Assembly: GCA_052327205.1 (NCBI GenBank)
Contig: CM126215.1
Location: 121,272,001 to 121,336,000, forward strand
From: Somniosus microcephalus
Lineage: Eukaryota
Direction: 5' to 3'
DNA: 64,000 bases
The position numbers and the translations under genes are program-made. This document shows, piece after piece, positions 23,085 through 36,890 of this stretch (position 1 is the stretch's first letter; each line of letters opens with the position of its first letter). The notes beneath the pieces are model-generated. The model was not told where the DNA came from. It was given only the letters and a program-made list of their open reading frames with translations, and did not search any database.

Positions 23085-23360
23085 ACTGGCTGGGGAGTCC
23101 TAGTCTCAGAATAAGGGGTCGGCCATTTAGGACTGAGATGAGGAGAAATATTTTCACTCAAAGCCTTGTGAATCTTTGGAATTCTCTACCCCAGAGAGCT
23201 GTGGATGCTCAGTCGTTGAGTATATTCAAGACTGAAAGCGATAGATTTTTGGATACTGAGGGAACCAAGAGACATGGGTATAGCACAGGAAAGTGAAGTT
23301 GAGGTAGAAGATCAGCCATGATCTTATTGAATGGCGAAGCAGGCTCGAGGGGCCGAATGT
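23085..23360 (+). mobile_element. CR1 3' fragment within an L2-like remnant
   Basis: Typical CR1 3' end gatgaggagaaat...ggctcgaggggccgaat. Confidence 0.75.
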
Positions 23361-23394
23361 AGAGAGAGGTGGAGAGGTTTATGGAGGAATTTTT

Positions 23395-24060
23395 AAAAAA
23401 TATATTATTCGTTCATGGGTTGTGGGCATCGCTGGCAAGGCCAGCATTTATTGTCCATCCCTAGTTGCCTTTGAGAAAGTGGTGGTGAGCCACCTTCTTG
23501 AACCACTGCAGTCCGTGTGGTGAAGGTACACCCACAGTGCTGTTAGGGAGGGAGTTCCAGGATTTTGACCCAGCGACGATGAAGGATTGGTGATATATTT
23601 CCAAGTCAGGATGGTGTGTGACTTGAAGGAGAATTTGGAGGTGATGGTGTTCCCATGCGCCTGCTGCCCTTGTCCTTCTAGGTGGAAGAGATCGCGGGTT
23701 TGGGAGTTGCTGCCGAAGAAGCCTTGGCGAGTTGAGTTGCTGCAGTGCATCTTGTAGATGGTACACACTGCAGCCACGGTACACCGGTGGTGGAGGGAGT
23801 GAATGTTTAAGGTGGTGGATGGGGTGCCAATCAAGCGGGCTGCTTTGTCCTGGATGGTGTAGATCTCCTTGTGTTGTTGGAGCTGCACTCATCCAGGCAA
23901 GTGGAGAGTATTCCATCAGACTCCTGACTTGTGCCTTGTAGATGGTGGAAAGGCTTTTGGTGAGTCAGGAGGTGAGACACTCGACACATAATACCTAGCC
24001 CCTGACCTGCTCTGGTTGCCACAGTATTTATGTGGCTGGTCCAGTTAAGTTTCTGGTCAA
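23395..24060 (-). mobile_element. Poly(A)-tailed LINE 3' fragment (same family as 2687)
   Basis: ORF fragments MEYSPLAWMSAAPTT and IQDKAARLIGTPSTT. Confidence 0.8.
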
Positions 24061-24511
24061 TTCCAGAGCTTAGGACCTAGACAGCTGAAGGCACGGCCGC
24101 CAATGGTGGAGCGATTAAAATCAAGAGGCCAGAATTGGAGGAGTGCAGTTATCTCAGAGGGTTGTAGGACTGGAGGTGGTTACAGAGATAGGGAGGGGGT
24201 GAGGCCATGGAGGGATTTGAAAACAAGGATGAGAATTTTTAAATCGACGTCCATCACCGGCAATCAATCTAAAGGAGATGAAATCTGCACCTCAGAAGGT
24301 ATCTGAGGCTTAACCTTTTGTGGGTCCCGAGAGCATTCGTAACCAGCAGCGCAAAGTGCCAGACTGGTAGAACGCTGGTAAAGATAAGAAGGAAAAGCAG
24401 GTCTGGGCCTGAGAGTCATCCCGATAATATAAATCGTACATTCAGTCAGCACATCTGGGTTCCATTGCGTATTTGGCTACTCTCCAGTGAGTTGTGCGTG
24501 ATTGTGTACTG

Positions 24512-24875
24512 TGAGAAAGAAAGTATGTTGAGAGAGAGAGAGAGAGAAAGAAAGGATGGAGAGAGAGGGAGCGAGGGAGTGAGAGAGAGGAAGGAGAGAG
24601 AGAGGGCGAGAGAGAGAGAAAAAGGAGAGAGAGAGAGGGCTAGAGGGAGAGAGAGAGAGAAAGAAAAAGATGGAGAGAAAGGATGGAGAGAGAGAAAATG
24701 AGAGAGAAAGAAAGAGGATGGAGAAGAAAGAGAGGGTGGAGAGAGAGAGAAAGAGAGTGAGAAAGAGCGAAACAGAAAGGGAGAAGAGAAAGTGAGAGAG
24801 AAAGAGCGAAACAGAAAGAGAAGAGGAGAGTGAGAAAGAGCGAAACAGTAAGAGAGAAGAGAAGGAGAGAGAGAC
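24512..24875 (+). repeat. GA-rich polypurine low-complexity tract
   Basis: ~360 bp of almost pure A/G, with GAAAGAGCGAAACAG sub-repeats. Confidence 0.95.
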
Positions 24876-25649
24876 AGCCACACACTGTGACAGCCTGTCT
24901 CCCTCCATCCCACTAATCCCTCTCTATGACAGATGTTTTAACTCTCAGGCTGAGAATGAGACAGAATTAATCCGTGATCGGTTGCCAAATGTCAGCAGTG
25001 CACCAGATTATAATGTCAGGCTGAATTGTAACCCTGTTTGACGTCTATTGTGTGAATGAAATCCTCTGAAAGGAGTTGCTGATTTGGAAATGGATCTCCC
25101 ATCTCATCTATTTCTCCTCTCCATATCTCGACATGACGTGTTTATATGCCTTGACTGAATTATCGCTGTGTTTCCCATATCCATTATTACTTTTATTATT
25201 TTTAAAAAGATTAAATCAAACCCCCCTCTGGTCGTAAGCTCTGAAGGACAGAAGGGACATAAACAAAGAAAACGTCAGTGGGTGAAAGCCAACTCGCGGA
25301 ATGCTGCGGTGCTGCCAGGGTGGCGTCGCGCAGGACCCTCCCGGAGCCCTGGCGACGGTACATGGTAGGACCCATACCGCTGGCCAATGCTGCCTCAAAT
25401 CCACGGCAGCAAGTTAAAAGAAAGCCATGCGTTTTACGGTGCCCCGTCTCAAATTACACAGAATTTCATGGACACAGAACCAGGCCATTCAGCTCAACAG
25501 GCCTGTGCCGGTGTTTATAAAGCCTCGTCCCACCTCACTTCATCTCAACTTATCAACATCTACCAAACGTACATCCCAAAGTGGCGCATATGCACTGAAT
25601 TGCTTTGAAGTTCACCGGCTGCTGTTATTTACCAGAACGGTTCTGGGGA

Positions 25650-26095
25650 TGGGGGGATCTTAGCTACAAGGACAGGTTGGAGACGCTGGATTTGTTTTCA
25701 TTAGAGCAAAGGAGGTTAAGGGGTGATCGAGGTGTACAAGATTATGACGGGTTTGGATAGGCTAGATGGGGATAGGCTGTTCCCATTAGTTGATGGTACA
25801 AGGACTAGGGGACACAGATTTAAGGTTTTGGGCAAGAGATTCAGGGGGGATGTGAGGAAAAACTTTATTACACAGCGAGTGGTGAGGACCTGGAACTGGC
25901 TGGCGATGGAATTGGTGGAAGCGGAGACACTCAATGTTTTCAAGGGGAGACTGGATAGGCATTAGAGGGAAATAAACTTGCAGGGCTACGGGGATAGAGC
26001 GGGGGAATGGAACTGACTGGATTGCTCTACAGATTCCGGCGTGGACTCGATGGGCCGAATGGCCTCCTTCTGTGCCATTATGACTATGACTATGT
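25650..26095 (+). mobile_element. CR1 3' fragment
   Basis: ORF IEVYKIMTGLDRLDG...TRGHRFKV...TQRVV; tail (TATGAC)n. Confidence 0.85.
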
Positions 26096-26234
26096 GAGCA
26101 AATGCGACGGCCATTTCAGGCAGTTGTTCCATCCATGCTACAAATCCTTTGAGCGACGATTGATTGTGCTGAGCGTGCTCTCCATGAGGATAGCACGTCC
26201 CACTGTATGAACAGCGAATGGGACCAGAGGCCAG

Positions 26235-26560
26235 GTGGAAGTAAAAGATCCCATGACACTAATTAGAAGGAGAGCAGGGGACTTCTCTTCAACACTTATC
26301 CCTCAATCACCATCACTAAAACAGATTTTCCACTGAACTATTTGAAGAGGAGCAGAAGAATTCTCCCAGCGTCCTGGCCAATATTTATCCTTCAATATAT
26401 TATCTGCATCTCATTGCTGCTTGTGGGAGCTTGCTGTGCGCAAATTGGCTGCCACGTTTCCTACATCAGTGACTACACTTCAAAGGTACTTCATTGGCTG
26501 TAAAGCGCTTTGGGACACCCTGAGGGCATGATAGGCGCTATATAAATGCAAGTCTTTTCT
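26235..26560 (+). mobile_element. Deu-domain SINE 3' part with internal duplication
   Basis: Matches the reverse complement of 48655-48915; the segment gaagaggagcag...tttatccctcaa occurs twice; L2-type tail. Confidence 0.65.
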
Positions 26561-27052
26561 TGTGACTTAATTGCTTGTGCATTTTGAAATTGGTCCTCAT
26601 TGCTTTCAAAATGGCATATCACCCATGGTTAATACAGCAAAATATTTGTTAATTGTCAGCCAATAAAGGAAAGGGCAGTGTCAATTTATATTATGAAGAA
26701 TGACACTATTTATAACATAAGAAAATAAGAAATAGGAGCAGGAGTAGGCCATCTGGCCCCTTGAGCCTGCCCCGCCATTCATTAAGATCAAGGCTGATCT
26801 TCAACCTCAACTCCACTTGCCCGCCCTACCCCCATATCCCTTGACTCTTTGCACAGTGGGAGAGTGGGAGGGGAGTTATAGCCTATCTTAGCTCTGTCTC
26901 TCACAATGTGTGTGTGAGGGACAGTGATACTGTTTATAACATCCCTAACCCCTCAGCATCCAGGGCAATGAGCATTTGGCAGAGTTGCATCAGAGTGGAC
27001 CTATGTAGTGATGGAAAGGAACTAATTGTACCTCGTTCCTATCTGCTTGCAG

Positions 27053-27198
27053 TTCAACCACACATAACCCTCCTGAAGAATGAGACTGCAACAGAGAATG
27101 GCCGTGTGGTAATCACCTGTGACGCAGATGGAGACCCTACACCAGCAATCTTCTGGAGTAGGGTTGGCAACGGAAGCAGTTTTCTAGAAGAAGAAAAG
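27053..27198 (+). CDS. NCAM2: NCAM2 coding exon (N-terminal half of Ig4)
   Basis: Acceptor tgcttgcAG, donor GTAAGG. Translates (V)QPHITLLKNETATENGRVVITCDADGDPTPAIFWSRVGNGSSFLEEEK, matching recalled NCAM2 [29 protein letters not shown]. 146 bp, phase 1 to 0. Confidence 0.95.
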
Positions 27199-27517
27199 GT
27201 AAGGAGAGTGTAATTGATTTATGAGATGGAAGGGGCTAAACAATTTTTCTTCTCTTATTCCCTCTTGTTTCCCCACACACCCGCCCCCCCCCCACCAAAC
27301 TTTTGTTCTCAATCATTTCTGTTGGGAATCTTTCTCCTGCCGGGATCTGTGAGTGCTCTTATTATAAGAAGGAATCTAGTTTCTCTTCTTCACTCACGTT
27401 GATTATGGTCGCCTTGGCAAGGCAGTAGGATCCTCTCTCTGCTGGGAACTCACTTTGAAGTAAGCGCTAATATTTTGTTTTGAATTGGCAGCTCATTGGC
27501 AGTTAACTTGTAACAAC

Positions 27518-28098
27518 GGGGCAATTTTAACCCCCAAAAAAGGGTGGGTTTGGGTCGGTTGAGAGGTTAAAGTGTTAGAAATCTGAATTCCTACCCCAAG
27601 TCTTTCCACTCTACCTGCAGAATCCTGCCTGCCTTGCCAACTCCTCGCGATCAGACACCATCCGCCCCTCACCACGACCCTTCCGATTCCCCCCGCCCCC
27701 CGACCTCTCTCTGGTCTCACCCCCGCCCCACCCCCGGCCTCCGATCTTCCCCGGCCTCCGACCACCCGCCACGAGGCCTCCGATCTCACCCCCACCCCCC
27801 CCGGCCTCCGATCACCCCCCCCACCATGAAGCCTCCGATCTCCGATCCCCCCTCCTGACCACCCCAACCTCCAACCCCCAGCCACCGACGCACCCCCCCC
27901 CCCCCGCCACCTCAAGCCTCTGATCCCTCTCTCCCTCCTCTCTACCCTCAATCTGGCTGGCTGCGGGCGGGAAACAGAGAAAAAAATGATAATCAGGCCC
28001 TGCCGTTAAAATTGGCAGGGCTTGAGCGAAATCCATTCTCCCGGGATTCCAGCCACCCCACCCCGCTCCCTCCCCACCGCCGATTTAAAATCCTGCCC
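27518..28098. mobile_element. MITE family C with C-rich core
   Basis: TIR-like ends GGGGCAATTTTAA...TTAAAATCCTGCCC; both arms are shared with 39978-41277. Confidence 0.75.
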
Positions 28099-28552
28099 AT
28101 GACTGCAGAGAGATGGATCATTTTTTGTTGGGTTAGGGTATCAAGGGATAAAGGCGGATAAACAAAGTTGAGGTAAACATATGAACATACGACAATGACT
28201 GACAGGTAAAGACCCTCTGGTCCATCGAGCCTGTGCCACACAATTGTGATACCTTGTGTATCGCAACATATATTTTTTATTCGTTCATAGGATGTGGGCG
28301 TTGCTGGCAAGGCCAGCATTTATTGCCCATCCCTAATTGCCCTTGAGAAGGTGGTGGTGAGCAGCCTTCTTGAACTGCTGCAGTCCGTGTGTTGAAGGTG
28401 CTCCCACAGTGCTGTTAGGGAGGGAGTTCCAGAATTCTGACCCAGCGACGATGAAATTTCGACGATATACCTCTAAGTCAGGATGGTGTGTGAGTTGGAG
28501 GGGAACTTGGAAGTGGTGGTGTTCGCATATGCCTGCTGCCCTTGTCCTTCTA

Positions 28553-30311
28553 GGTGAATTTATAATGGGGAACAAAGAAATGGCTGACCAATTAAATACA
28601 TACTTTGGTTCTGTCTTCACAAAGGAGGACACAAATAACCTCCCAGAGATGTCGGGGAACATAGGGTCCAATGAGATGGAGGAATTGAATGAAATCAGTA
28701 TTTGTAGGGAAATGGTGTTCGGGGAATTGACGGGATTGAAGGCCGATAAATCCCAAGGGCCTGATAATCTACATCCTAGAGTACTTAAGGAAGTGGCCCT
28801 AGAAATAGTAGATGCATTGCTGGTCATCTTCCAAAATTCTATAGACTCTGGAACAGTTCCCATGGATTGGAGGATAGCTAATGTAACCCCACTATTCAAA
28901 AAAGGTGGTAGAGAGAAAACGGGGAATTATAGACTGGTAAGTCTAACATCGGTAGTGGGGAAAATGCTAGAGTCCATTATAAAAGATGTAATAGCAGAGC
29001 ACTTGGAAAACAGTGACAGGATCGGACAAAGTCAACATGGATTTACAAAAGGTAAATCATGCTTGACTAATCTACTGGAACTTTTTGAGGATGTAACTGG
29101 TAGAATAGATAAGGGAGAACCAGTGGATGTGGTGTATTTGGACTTTCAGAATGCTTTTGATAAGTTCCCGCATAAGAGATAAGCGTGCAAAGTTAAAGCA
29201 CAAGAGATTGGGGGTAAGTACTGTCTTGGATAGAGAACTGGTTGGCAGACAGGAAGCAAAGAGTTGGAATAAACGGGTCTTTTTCCGAGTGGCAGGCAGT
29301 GACTAGTGGGGTACCGCAGGGATTGGTGCAAGGACCCCAGTTATTCACATTATATATTAATGATCTAGACAAGGGAACTAGATGTAATATCTCCAAGTTT
29401 GCAGATGACACAAAGCTGGTTGGGCGTGTGTGCTGTGAGGAGGATGCAGAGAAACTCCAGTATGATTTGGACAGGTTGGGTGATTGGGCAGATGCATGGC
29501 AAATGCAGTATAATGTGGAAAAATGCAAGGTTATCCAATACGGTGGCAAAAACAGGAAGACAGATTATTATCTGTACAGCAATAGATTGAGAAAAGGGGA
29601 AGTGCAACAAGACCTGGGTGTCCTTGTGCACCAGTCGCTGAAGGTAAGCATGCAGGTGCAGCAGGCAGTTAAGAAGGCAAATGGTATGTTGGCCTTCATA
29701 GCGAGAGGATTCGAGTAAGGATGTCTTGCTGCAGTTGTACAGGGCCTTGTTGAGACCACACCTGGAGTATTGTGTGCAGTTTTGGTCACCTTATCTGATG
29801 AAGGATGTTCTTGCCATGGAGAGAGTGCAGCGAAGATTCACCAGACTGATACCTGGGATGGCAGGAATGACGTATGAGGAGAGATTGGGTCGATTAGGCT
29901 TATATTCACTAGAGTTTAGAAGAATGAGAGGGGATCTCATTGAAACTTATAAAATTCTAACAGGACTAGACAGACTAGATGCAGGAAGGATGTTCCCGAT
30001 GGCGGGGGAGTCCAGAATCAGGGGTCACAATCTAAGGATAAGGGGTAAGCCATTTAGGACTGAGAAGAGGAGGAATTTCTTCACCCAGAGAGTGGTGAAC
30101 CTGTGGAATTTACTACCACACAAGGCAGTTGAGGCCAATTCATTAAATATATTCAAGAAGGAGTTTAATATCTTTCTTAAGGCTAAAGGGATCAAGGGAT
30201 ATGGGGAGAAAGCAGGGACAGGGTACTGAATTTGGATGATCAGCCATGATCTCATTAAATGGCAGAACAGGCTCGAGGGGCCGAATGACTTACTCCTGCT
30301 CCTATCTTCTA
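28553..30311 (+). mobile_element. CR1/HER1-like LINE, 5'-truncated RT (~1.75 kb), nested in a - strand LINE
   Basis: ORFs with GPDNLHPRVLKE, YLDFQNAFD, GVPQG, FADDTK and RPHLEYCVQFWSP. The host LINE lies at 28272-28552 and 30312-30868. Confidence 0.93.
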
Positions 30312-30869
30312 TGGAAGTGGTTGCAGGTTTGGGACGTGCTGTCGAAGAAGCCTTGGTGAGTTGCTGCAGTGCAGCCACGGTGCGCCAATGGTGGAGGGAG
30401 TGAATGCTTAAGGTGGTGGATGGGGTTCCAATCAAGCAGGCTGCTTTGTCCTGGGTGGTGTTGAGCTTCTTGAGTGTTGTTGGAGCTGCACTCATCCAGG
30501 CAAGTGGAGAGCATTCCATCGCACTCCTGACTTGTGACTTGTAGATGGTGGAAAGGCTTTGGGGAGTCAGGAGGTGAGACACTCGCCTTAGAATACCTAG
30601 CCTTTGACCTACTCTTGTAGCCACAGTGTTTATGTGTATGGCCCAGTTAAGTTTGTGGTCAATGGTGACCCCCCAGGATGTTGATAGTGTGGGATTCGGC
30701 GATGGTCATGCCGTTGAATGTCAAGGGGCAGTGGTTAGACTCTCGCTTGTTGGAGATAGTCATTGCCTGGCACTTGTGTGGCGCGAATTTTACCTACCAC
30801 TGATCAGCCCAAGCCTGAATGTCGTCCAGGTCTTGCTACATGCGGGCACAGACGGCTTCATTATCTGAG

Positions 30870-31900
30870 GATACACTCCACCCCAACTGAAACCATGTGA
30901 TCTCCTGGGAGAAGCTAAAAACAGATAAAAACCCAGGCCAATTTGGGGGAGAAAAATCTGGGAAATTCCTCTCCGACCCATCTAGGCGATCAAAACTAGT
31001 CCGGGAGATCACACTGGCACTGAATTCCCTGCAGTACCTACCTTCTGTAAGAGGTGATCTCCGCCCCAGCCAGAAACAGGGCCAGCTCTCGCTTGAAGGA
31101 ATTCAACAAATCAGCATCCGCCGCTGAGCGGGCGACCTGCTCCAGAGGTCCACTATTCTCGGGGAAAAGAACCACCTCCTGACATCTCACCTAGATCTGG
31201 CCTTAAACAACTCAAAATTAGTGACCCCTGGTCCTCCCTAACCTATTTAATTGAAACAAACTGTCAACTGGAACACAATCTATTCCCTTCATCATCCTAT
31301 AAGCCTCAATCAGATTCCCCCTAAGTCTACGCTTCTCCAAAGTGTAGAGCCCCAACTCTTTGAGCCTATCTTGATATGTTGAGCATTTGCCCTGCCCACA
31401 GGCATAACACTGCACTTATCTCAGTTATACATCATTTCCCACTCATGAGCCCAAATTCCCAACACATTAAGATCTGCCTGAAGCAGACGAGCGTCGTCTA
31501 CAGTCCTGACACTCGCACAGATCTTGGTATCATCTGCAAATCGTGCCCCCAACACCTACATCCAGATCATTAATAATAATAGCAAAGAGCAACGGTCCCA
31601 ACACTGATCCCTGCGGGACACCACTGGTGACCGGTCTCCAGACAGATCCAAATCCATCCATAACTACTTTTTGCCTACGTCCTGCCAGCCAGTTCTCAAT
31701 CCAGCTCACTATATTACCACTAATGCCAGATGCTTCGATCTTATAGAGAGGTCTCTTGTGTGGTACCTTATCAAAAGCTTTTTGGAAATCTAAGTAGACA
31801 GTATCTACTGGACTTCCCTCATCCACCAGCTTTGTAACTTCTTCGAAAAACAAAATTAGATTTTTAAGACATGACCTTTTTATGAAGCTATGTTGGGTGT
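30870..31900 (-). mobile_element. Divergent CR1 RT fragments with a distinct 3' UTR
   Basis: ORFs with [26 protein letters not shown] and LGLYTLEKRRLRG; internally deleted. Confidence 0.8.
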
Positions 31901-32950
31901 CCCACAGATCTGTCAGCAGGCTCAAGAGGCTGAATGGCCCATTCCTGTTCCTAGCAACCCTTTAAAAGAAACAGCAGCTGGGAGGGGGAGAAAGCTTTAA
32001 GCCTTCCATACTGATACGACACTGAAGGACATGTGGAGAATATAGACAGTTGAATGGATGTAGACTTGCTGGAGAAGTTTGTTCATGAATTTCATGTTCA
32101 AGGGCAATTTCTGAAGTAGGAACGTAGGAATTGCTAGAGGAAAATAGACCAAGATCCATCTAGTTGACCTTCTACTAGATAGTCCTGGTAGTCACATGAT
32201 ACATTGATAAAGGAGTTGTTGACTAACCACAGCGCTCAATCTCTAGCAATGAGTCTACAACAGATCCAGAGATGAGGCGAGGAAAAAAAACCCCAGTGAT
32301 GGAGAGCAATGGGAACCATAGGTCCAAAGTCACCTGTTCCTCTCAAGCTTGCAACACTTTCCAAATGTCATGACTCAAATTTCTGCTGGCCTGGAACCAG
32401 CCTGTGGAAAGGAGACAGCTAAGACCTGGGCCAGCATTCTTTGCTATTTGCCTTTTAACATGGAGGCGTCAGGCCCATAAGATTAATAAGCCTTTTCAAA
32501 TGAAGTTTTAATCATCAGCAAAGAGAACATCCTGGGCGGGGGAGATTTTCCATGGGGTAAAGGGGGGCGTTCTCTCAATCTTCCACTGTAACTTATGTAG
32601 AAAACCTGGAGAAGCAGCGTAAGCGGCCGTCGATACTGCTTCTCTGAGGTTTCCACTGAATTTGTGGTGGGAGATCAGGAAATCCCTCAGACACATTTTG
32701 CCCCCCATATCTGCATGGGAACGTTAGGAACAGGAGGAGGCCATTCAGCCCCTCGAGCCATTCAATTAGATCATGGCTGATCCGTACCTCAACTCCATTT
32801 TACTCGCCTTTTCTCCATATCCCTTGATACCCTTACCCAACAAAAATCAATCACTCTCAGTCTTGAAGGCTCCAACTGACCCCCCCAGCATCCACAGCCA
32901 TTTGGGGGAGTGAAGTCCAGATTTCCACTACCCTTTGTGTGAAAAGGTAC

Positions 32951-33176
32951 CGACGTAATAAAACTCACTACACACTTGGTTTGAACATAAAGCAAGGCTT
33001 TAATCAACTTGTTTCAGAACATGGAGGTCTAGTTGTATCCACTAGTTCCTTGTCTTACAAAATGTCCCTGGCAAGCTGGGGCCAACGCTCGAGTATTTAT
33101 ACTCCTTGGACGGCGCCACCAGCTGGCCGTCCGTTGTTATTTCATAGGCAGTTTCTCGATGATGAAATTTATGACA
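32951..33176 (-). mobile_element. Solo LTR (226 bp) in a CR1 fragment
   Basis: Flanked by 5-bp direct repeat GGTAC; ends (C)G...CA; TATAAA and ATTAAA on the - strand. Confidence 0.75.
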
Positions 33177-33464
33177 GGTACTACTTGATTTCAATTCTAA
33201 ACGTCCTAGGACTAATTTTAAGATTATGGTATCTTGTTCTGGATTCCCTTTGAATAGCTTCTCTGTTGCTACCCTTTATCAAGTTAAAGACCTTGGTTAG
33301 ACCACCCCTCAACCCAAGGGAATGCAAGCCTAGTCTGTGCAACCTGCCCTCATTATTTAACTCTAAGTCCTGGTATCATTCTGGTGAATCTGCGCTCTAC
33401 CCCTCCAAGGGCAATATATCTTTGCAGAACGCAAAACTGAATGCAGTACTCCAGATGTGGTCTG

Positions 33465-34565
33465 ACATAGAAACATAGAAACATAGAAAAATAGGAGCAG
33501 GAGTAGGCCATTCGGCACTTCAAGCCTGCTCTGCCATTCAATATGATCATGGCTGATCCTTTATCTCAATACCATATTCCTGCTCTCTCCCCATACCCCT
33601 TGATTCTTTTTGTGTCTAGAAATCTATCTATCTCCTTCTTAAATATATTCAGTGACTTGGCCTCCACAGCCTTCTGGGGCAGTGAATTCCACAGGTTCAC
33701 CACCCTCTGAGTGAAGAAATTTCTCCTCATCTCAGTCCTAAATGTCCTACCCAGTATCCTGAGACTGTGACCCCTTCGTTCTAGAGACCCAGCCAGGGTA
33801 AACATCCTCCCTGCATCCAGTCTGTCTAGCCCTGTCAGAATTTTATACATTTCAATGAGATCCCCTCTCATTCTTCTAAACTCTAGTGAATACAGACCTA
33901 GTCGACCCAATCTCTCCTCATACGATAGTCCTACCATCCCAGGAATCAGTCTGGTGAACCTTCGCTGCACTCCCTCTATGGCAAGTACATCCTTTCTTAG
34001 GTAAGGAGACCAAAACTGCACACAGTACTCCAGGTGTGGTCTCACCAAGGCCTTGTATAACTGTAGTAAGACATCCTTGCTCCTGTACTCAAATCCTCTT
34101 GTAATGAAGGCTAACATACCATTTGCCTTCCTAACTGCTTGCTGCACCTGCATGTTTGCTTTCAGTGACTGGTGTACAAGGACACCCAGGTCCCTTTGTA
34201 CATCAACATTTCCCAATCTATCAGCATTTAAATAATACTCTGCCTTTCTGTTTTTTCTACCGAAGTGGATAACTTCACATTTATCCACGTGATACTGCAT
34301 CTGCCATGTATTTGCCCACTCACTCAACTTGTCTAAATCTTTGCATCCTCGTCACAACTCACAATTCCACCTAGTTTCGTGTCATCAGCAAACTTGGAAA
34401 TATTACATTTGGTTCCCTCATCCAAATCATTGATATATATTGTGAATAGCTGGGGCCCAAGTACTGATCCCTGTGGTACCGCACTAGTCACCGCCTGCCA
34501 CCCCGAAAAAGACCCATTTATTCCTACGCTCTGTTTCCTGTCTGTTAACCAATTTTCAATCCATG
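33465..34565 (-). mobile_element. CR1/HER1-like LINE 3' ~1.1 kb
   Basis: 253-aa RT C-terminal ORF plus a [18 protein letters not shown]; (TTTCTATG)n tail. Confidence 0.92.
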
Positions 34566-35062
34566 ACCAAGGTTCTATACAACTGAAGCATCGCTGCCTC
34601 AACTTTGAATTCCAGTCCCCTGGAGATAAATGTCTTTTTGATTGCTTTTGCTATCTCTTTCTATCATGTCTATATTGTTGTGAAAAAAAAACTTGCAGCT
34701 AGACAATATAGAGAACGTATTTATGTGGGGATAATAAACACTGCACTTATAGTACAGTGCTGTCACCACAGGGAAGCCCTACCTCAAATGCCAGGGATAT
34801 CGGACAAACAAGGAAGAGCAAATGCCTCTGGGAGGATTCATGAGGCACTTTACTTCCCTGTGTTTCTCTTTTTCCCTTTTTTTGACCTGGTGGGACAACC
34901 ACCGACTTCGAACCCAGCCAGAATCGTGAAACCTTTGTGCCTGTCATTTTGAGATTGCGTTTGCAAGTTTTCAATAACTGTGCCAGTCTTGCCCATATGA
35001 GGTTGTATTGATGTTGCCACCTGCCTCTAGCCCTGGAGCACGGGAAGCTGCAGTATACGCTT

Positions 35063-35812
35063 GTTCATAGAATCATACCGCACAGAGGGAGGCCATTCGG
35101 CCCATCGTGCCTGTGCTGGTTCTTTGAAAGAGCTCTCCAATTAGTCCCACTCACCCCATCTCTTTCTCCACAGCCCTGTACTTTTTTCCTGTCGAAGTCT
35201 TCTTCTTCATCCATCTGGGGCTCTCTTGCCGTGTCGGAGCTCCGAGTAGAATGCTTGTTTTGGAAATTGATGCAGACAAACTGTGCACAAAGGCTCAAAT
35301 CCATGGTTTACAAATTTAAAATTATAAATTGGATGTAAGAAGTAGAATCAGGCGGAAGGTCCTACATTCAATCTCTATTGAGGTATACCACACAGAAGGA
35401 GGCCATTCGGCCCATCGTGCCTGTGCCGGCTCTTTGGCAGTGCTATCCAATTAGTCCCACTCCCCCTGCTCTTTCTTCATAGCCCTGTAAATTTTTCCCT
35501 TCAAGTATTTATCCAATTCCTTTTTGAAAGTTACTAGTGAATCTGCTTCCACCGCCCTTTCAGGCAGCGCGTTCCAGATCATAACAATTCGCTGGTTCTT
35601 CTGCCAATTATCTTCAATTTATGCCCTCTGGTTATCAACCTTCCTGCCTCGGGACTATTTCTCCCGATCTACTCCATCAAAACTCCGCATAATTTTGAAC
35701 ACCTCTGTTAAATCTCCCCTTAGCCTTCTCTGCTCTAAGGAGAACAATCCCAGCTTCTCCAGTCTCTCCTCACAAATGTCCTCTGCGCCCTCTCCAAGGC
35801 CTTGACATCCTT
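35063..35812 (-). mobile_element. CR1 3' fragments
   Basis: Two CR1 tails (~35063-35190 and ~35385-35812); ORF EERLEKLGLFSLEQRRLRGDL. Confidence 0.75.
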
Positions 35813-36204
35813 GGAAGCAATTCTGCAGTTTAAACAGCAATTTAAGAGACAAATATATAAACCTATTGTTTACCAGCAAGTAGAAATCTAATTGTTTACC
35901 AGTCAGAAATTTATAATCTCTGCTGCCTGCCTTGTGCATTTTATCTTAAAAATCGCTTGGAGCAAGAAATATCCATTAAGGACAAGAGTATTTATTTATA
36001 CAGGGACAATACAGTGTGCAGGTAATAGACAATGTCGGGCCCAAATAAGGCAAATATAAAGAAAAACACAATACTTCAGGCAAGTCTCTATTTCATGATC
36101 CTCAAACAGCTGATTCCAGCATTATCTCCTTCACAATCACATACGTGCCTTGTAAGGTTTAGTAGAAAGATGCCCATATGATGCTTTAATGTCACTTAAT
36201 ACCA

Positions 36205-36890
36205 ATTTTAGAGCTTAGCTTCTGACCCCCATATCCTCGCCATCACCAAGGCCCCCAATTCCACCTCCGTAACATCGCCCGTCTCCGCTCCTGCCTCAGC
36301 TCATCTGCTGCTGAAACCCTCGTCTGTGCTTTTGTTACCTTCAGACTATTCCAACGCTCTCCTGGCCAGCCTTCCATCTTCCACCCTTCGTAAACTTGAG
36401 CTCATCCAAAACTCGGCTGTGAATATCCAACTCGCACCAAGTCCCGTTCACCCATCACCGCCCCCCCCCCCCCCCACCGTGCTCACTGGCCTACATTGGC
36501 TCCCGGTCCAGCAATGCCTATATTTTAAAATTCTCATCCTCGTGATCAAATCTCTCCATGTCCTCGCCCCTCCCTATCTCTGTAATCTCAACCAGCCCTA
36601 CAACCCTCAAAGACATCTGCACTCCTCCACTTCTGGCCTCTTGCGCATTCCAATTTACTTCGCACCACCTTTGGCGGCCGTGCCTTCAGCTGTCTATGCT
36701 CTGAGCTCTGGAATTCACTCCCAAAACCTCTCTGCCTCTCTACCTCTCTCTCCTCCTTTAAGACGCTGCTTAAAACCTACCTCCTCGCCGAATGTCTCGT
36801 TCTTTGGCTTGGTATCAACTTTTGTCTGATTGCGCCTTGGGGGCGTTTTGAACCACGTTCAAAGCGCAATATAAATGCAGGTTGCTGTTG
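36205..36890 (+). mobile_element. L2-like LINE 3' region
   Basis: ORF DYSNALLASLP...LELIQNSA...LHWLPV...FKILILV (L2 RT C-terminus); tail atataaatgcaggttg. Confidence 0.85.

Noticed and set aside
24318-24913. Ser/Leu/Phe-rich and Arg/Glu-rich ORFs
   Set aside because: Artefacts of the GA low-complexity tract.
32534-32706. Possible ~170-bp MITE (GGGGAGATTTT...ATTTTGCCCCCC)
   Set aside because: The TIR match is weak, no TSD is visible and there is no second copy in the window.
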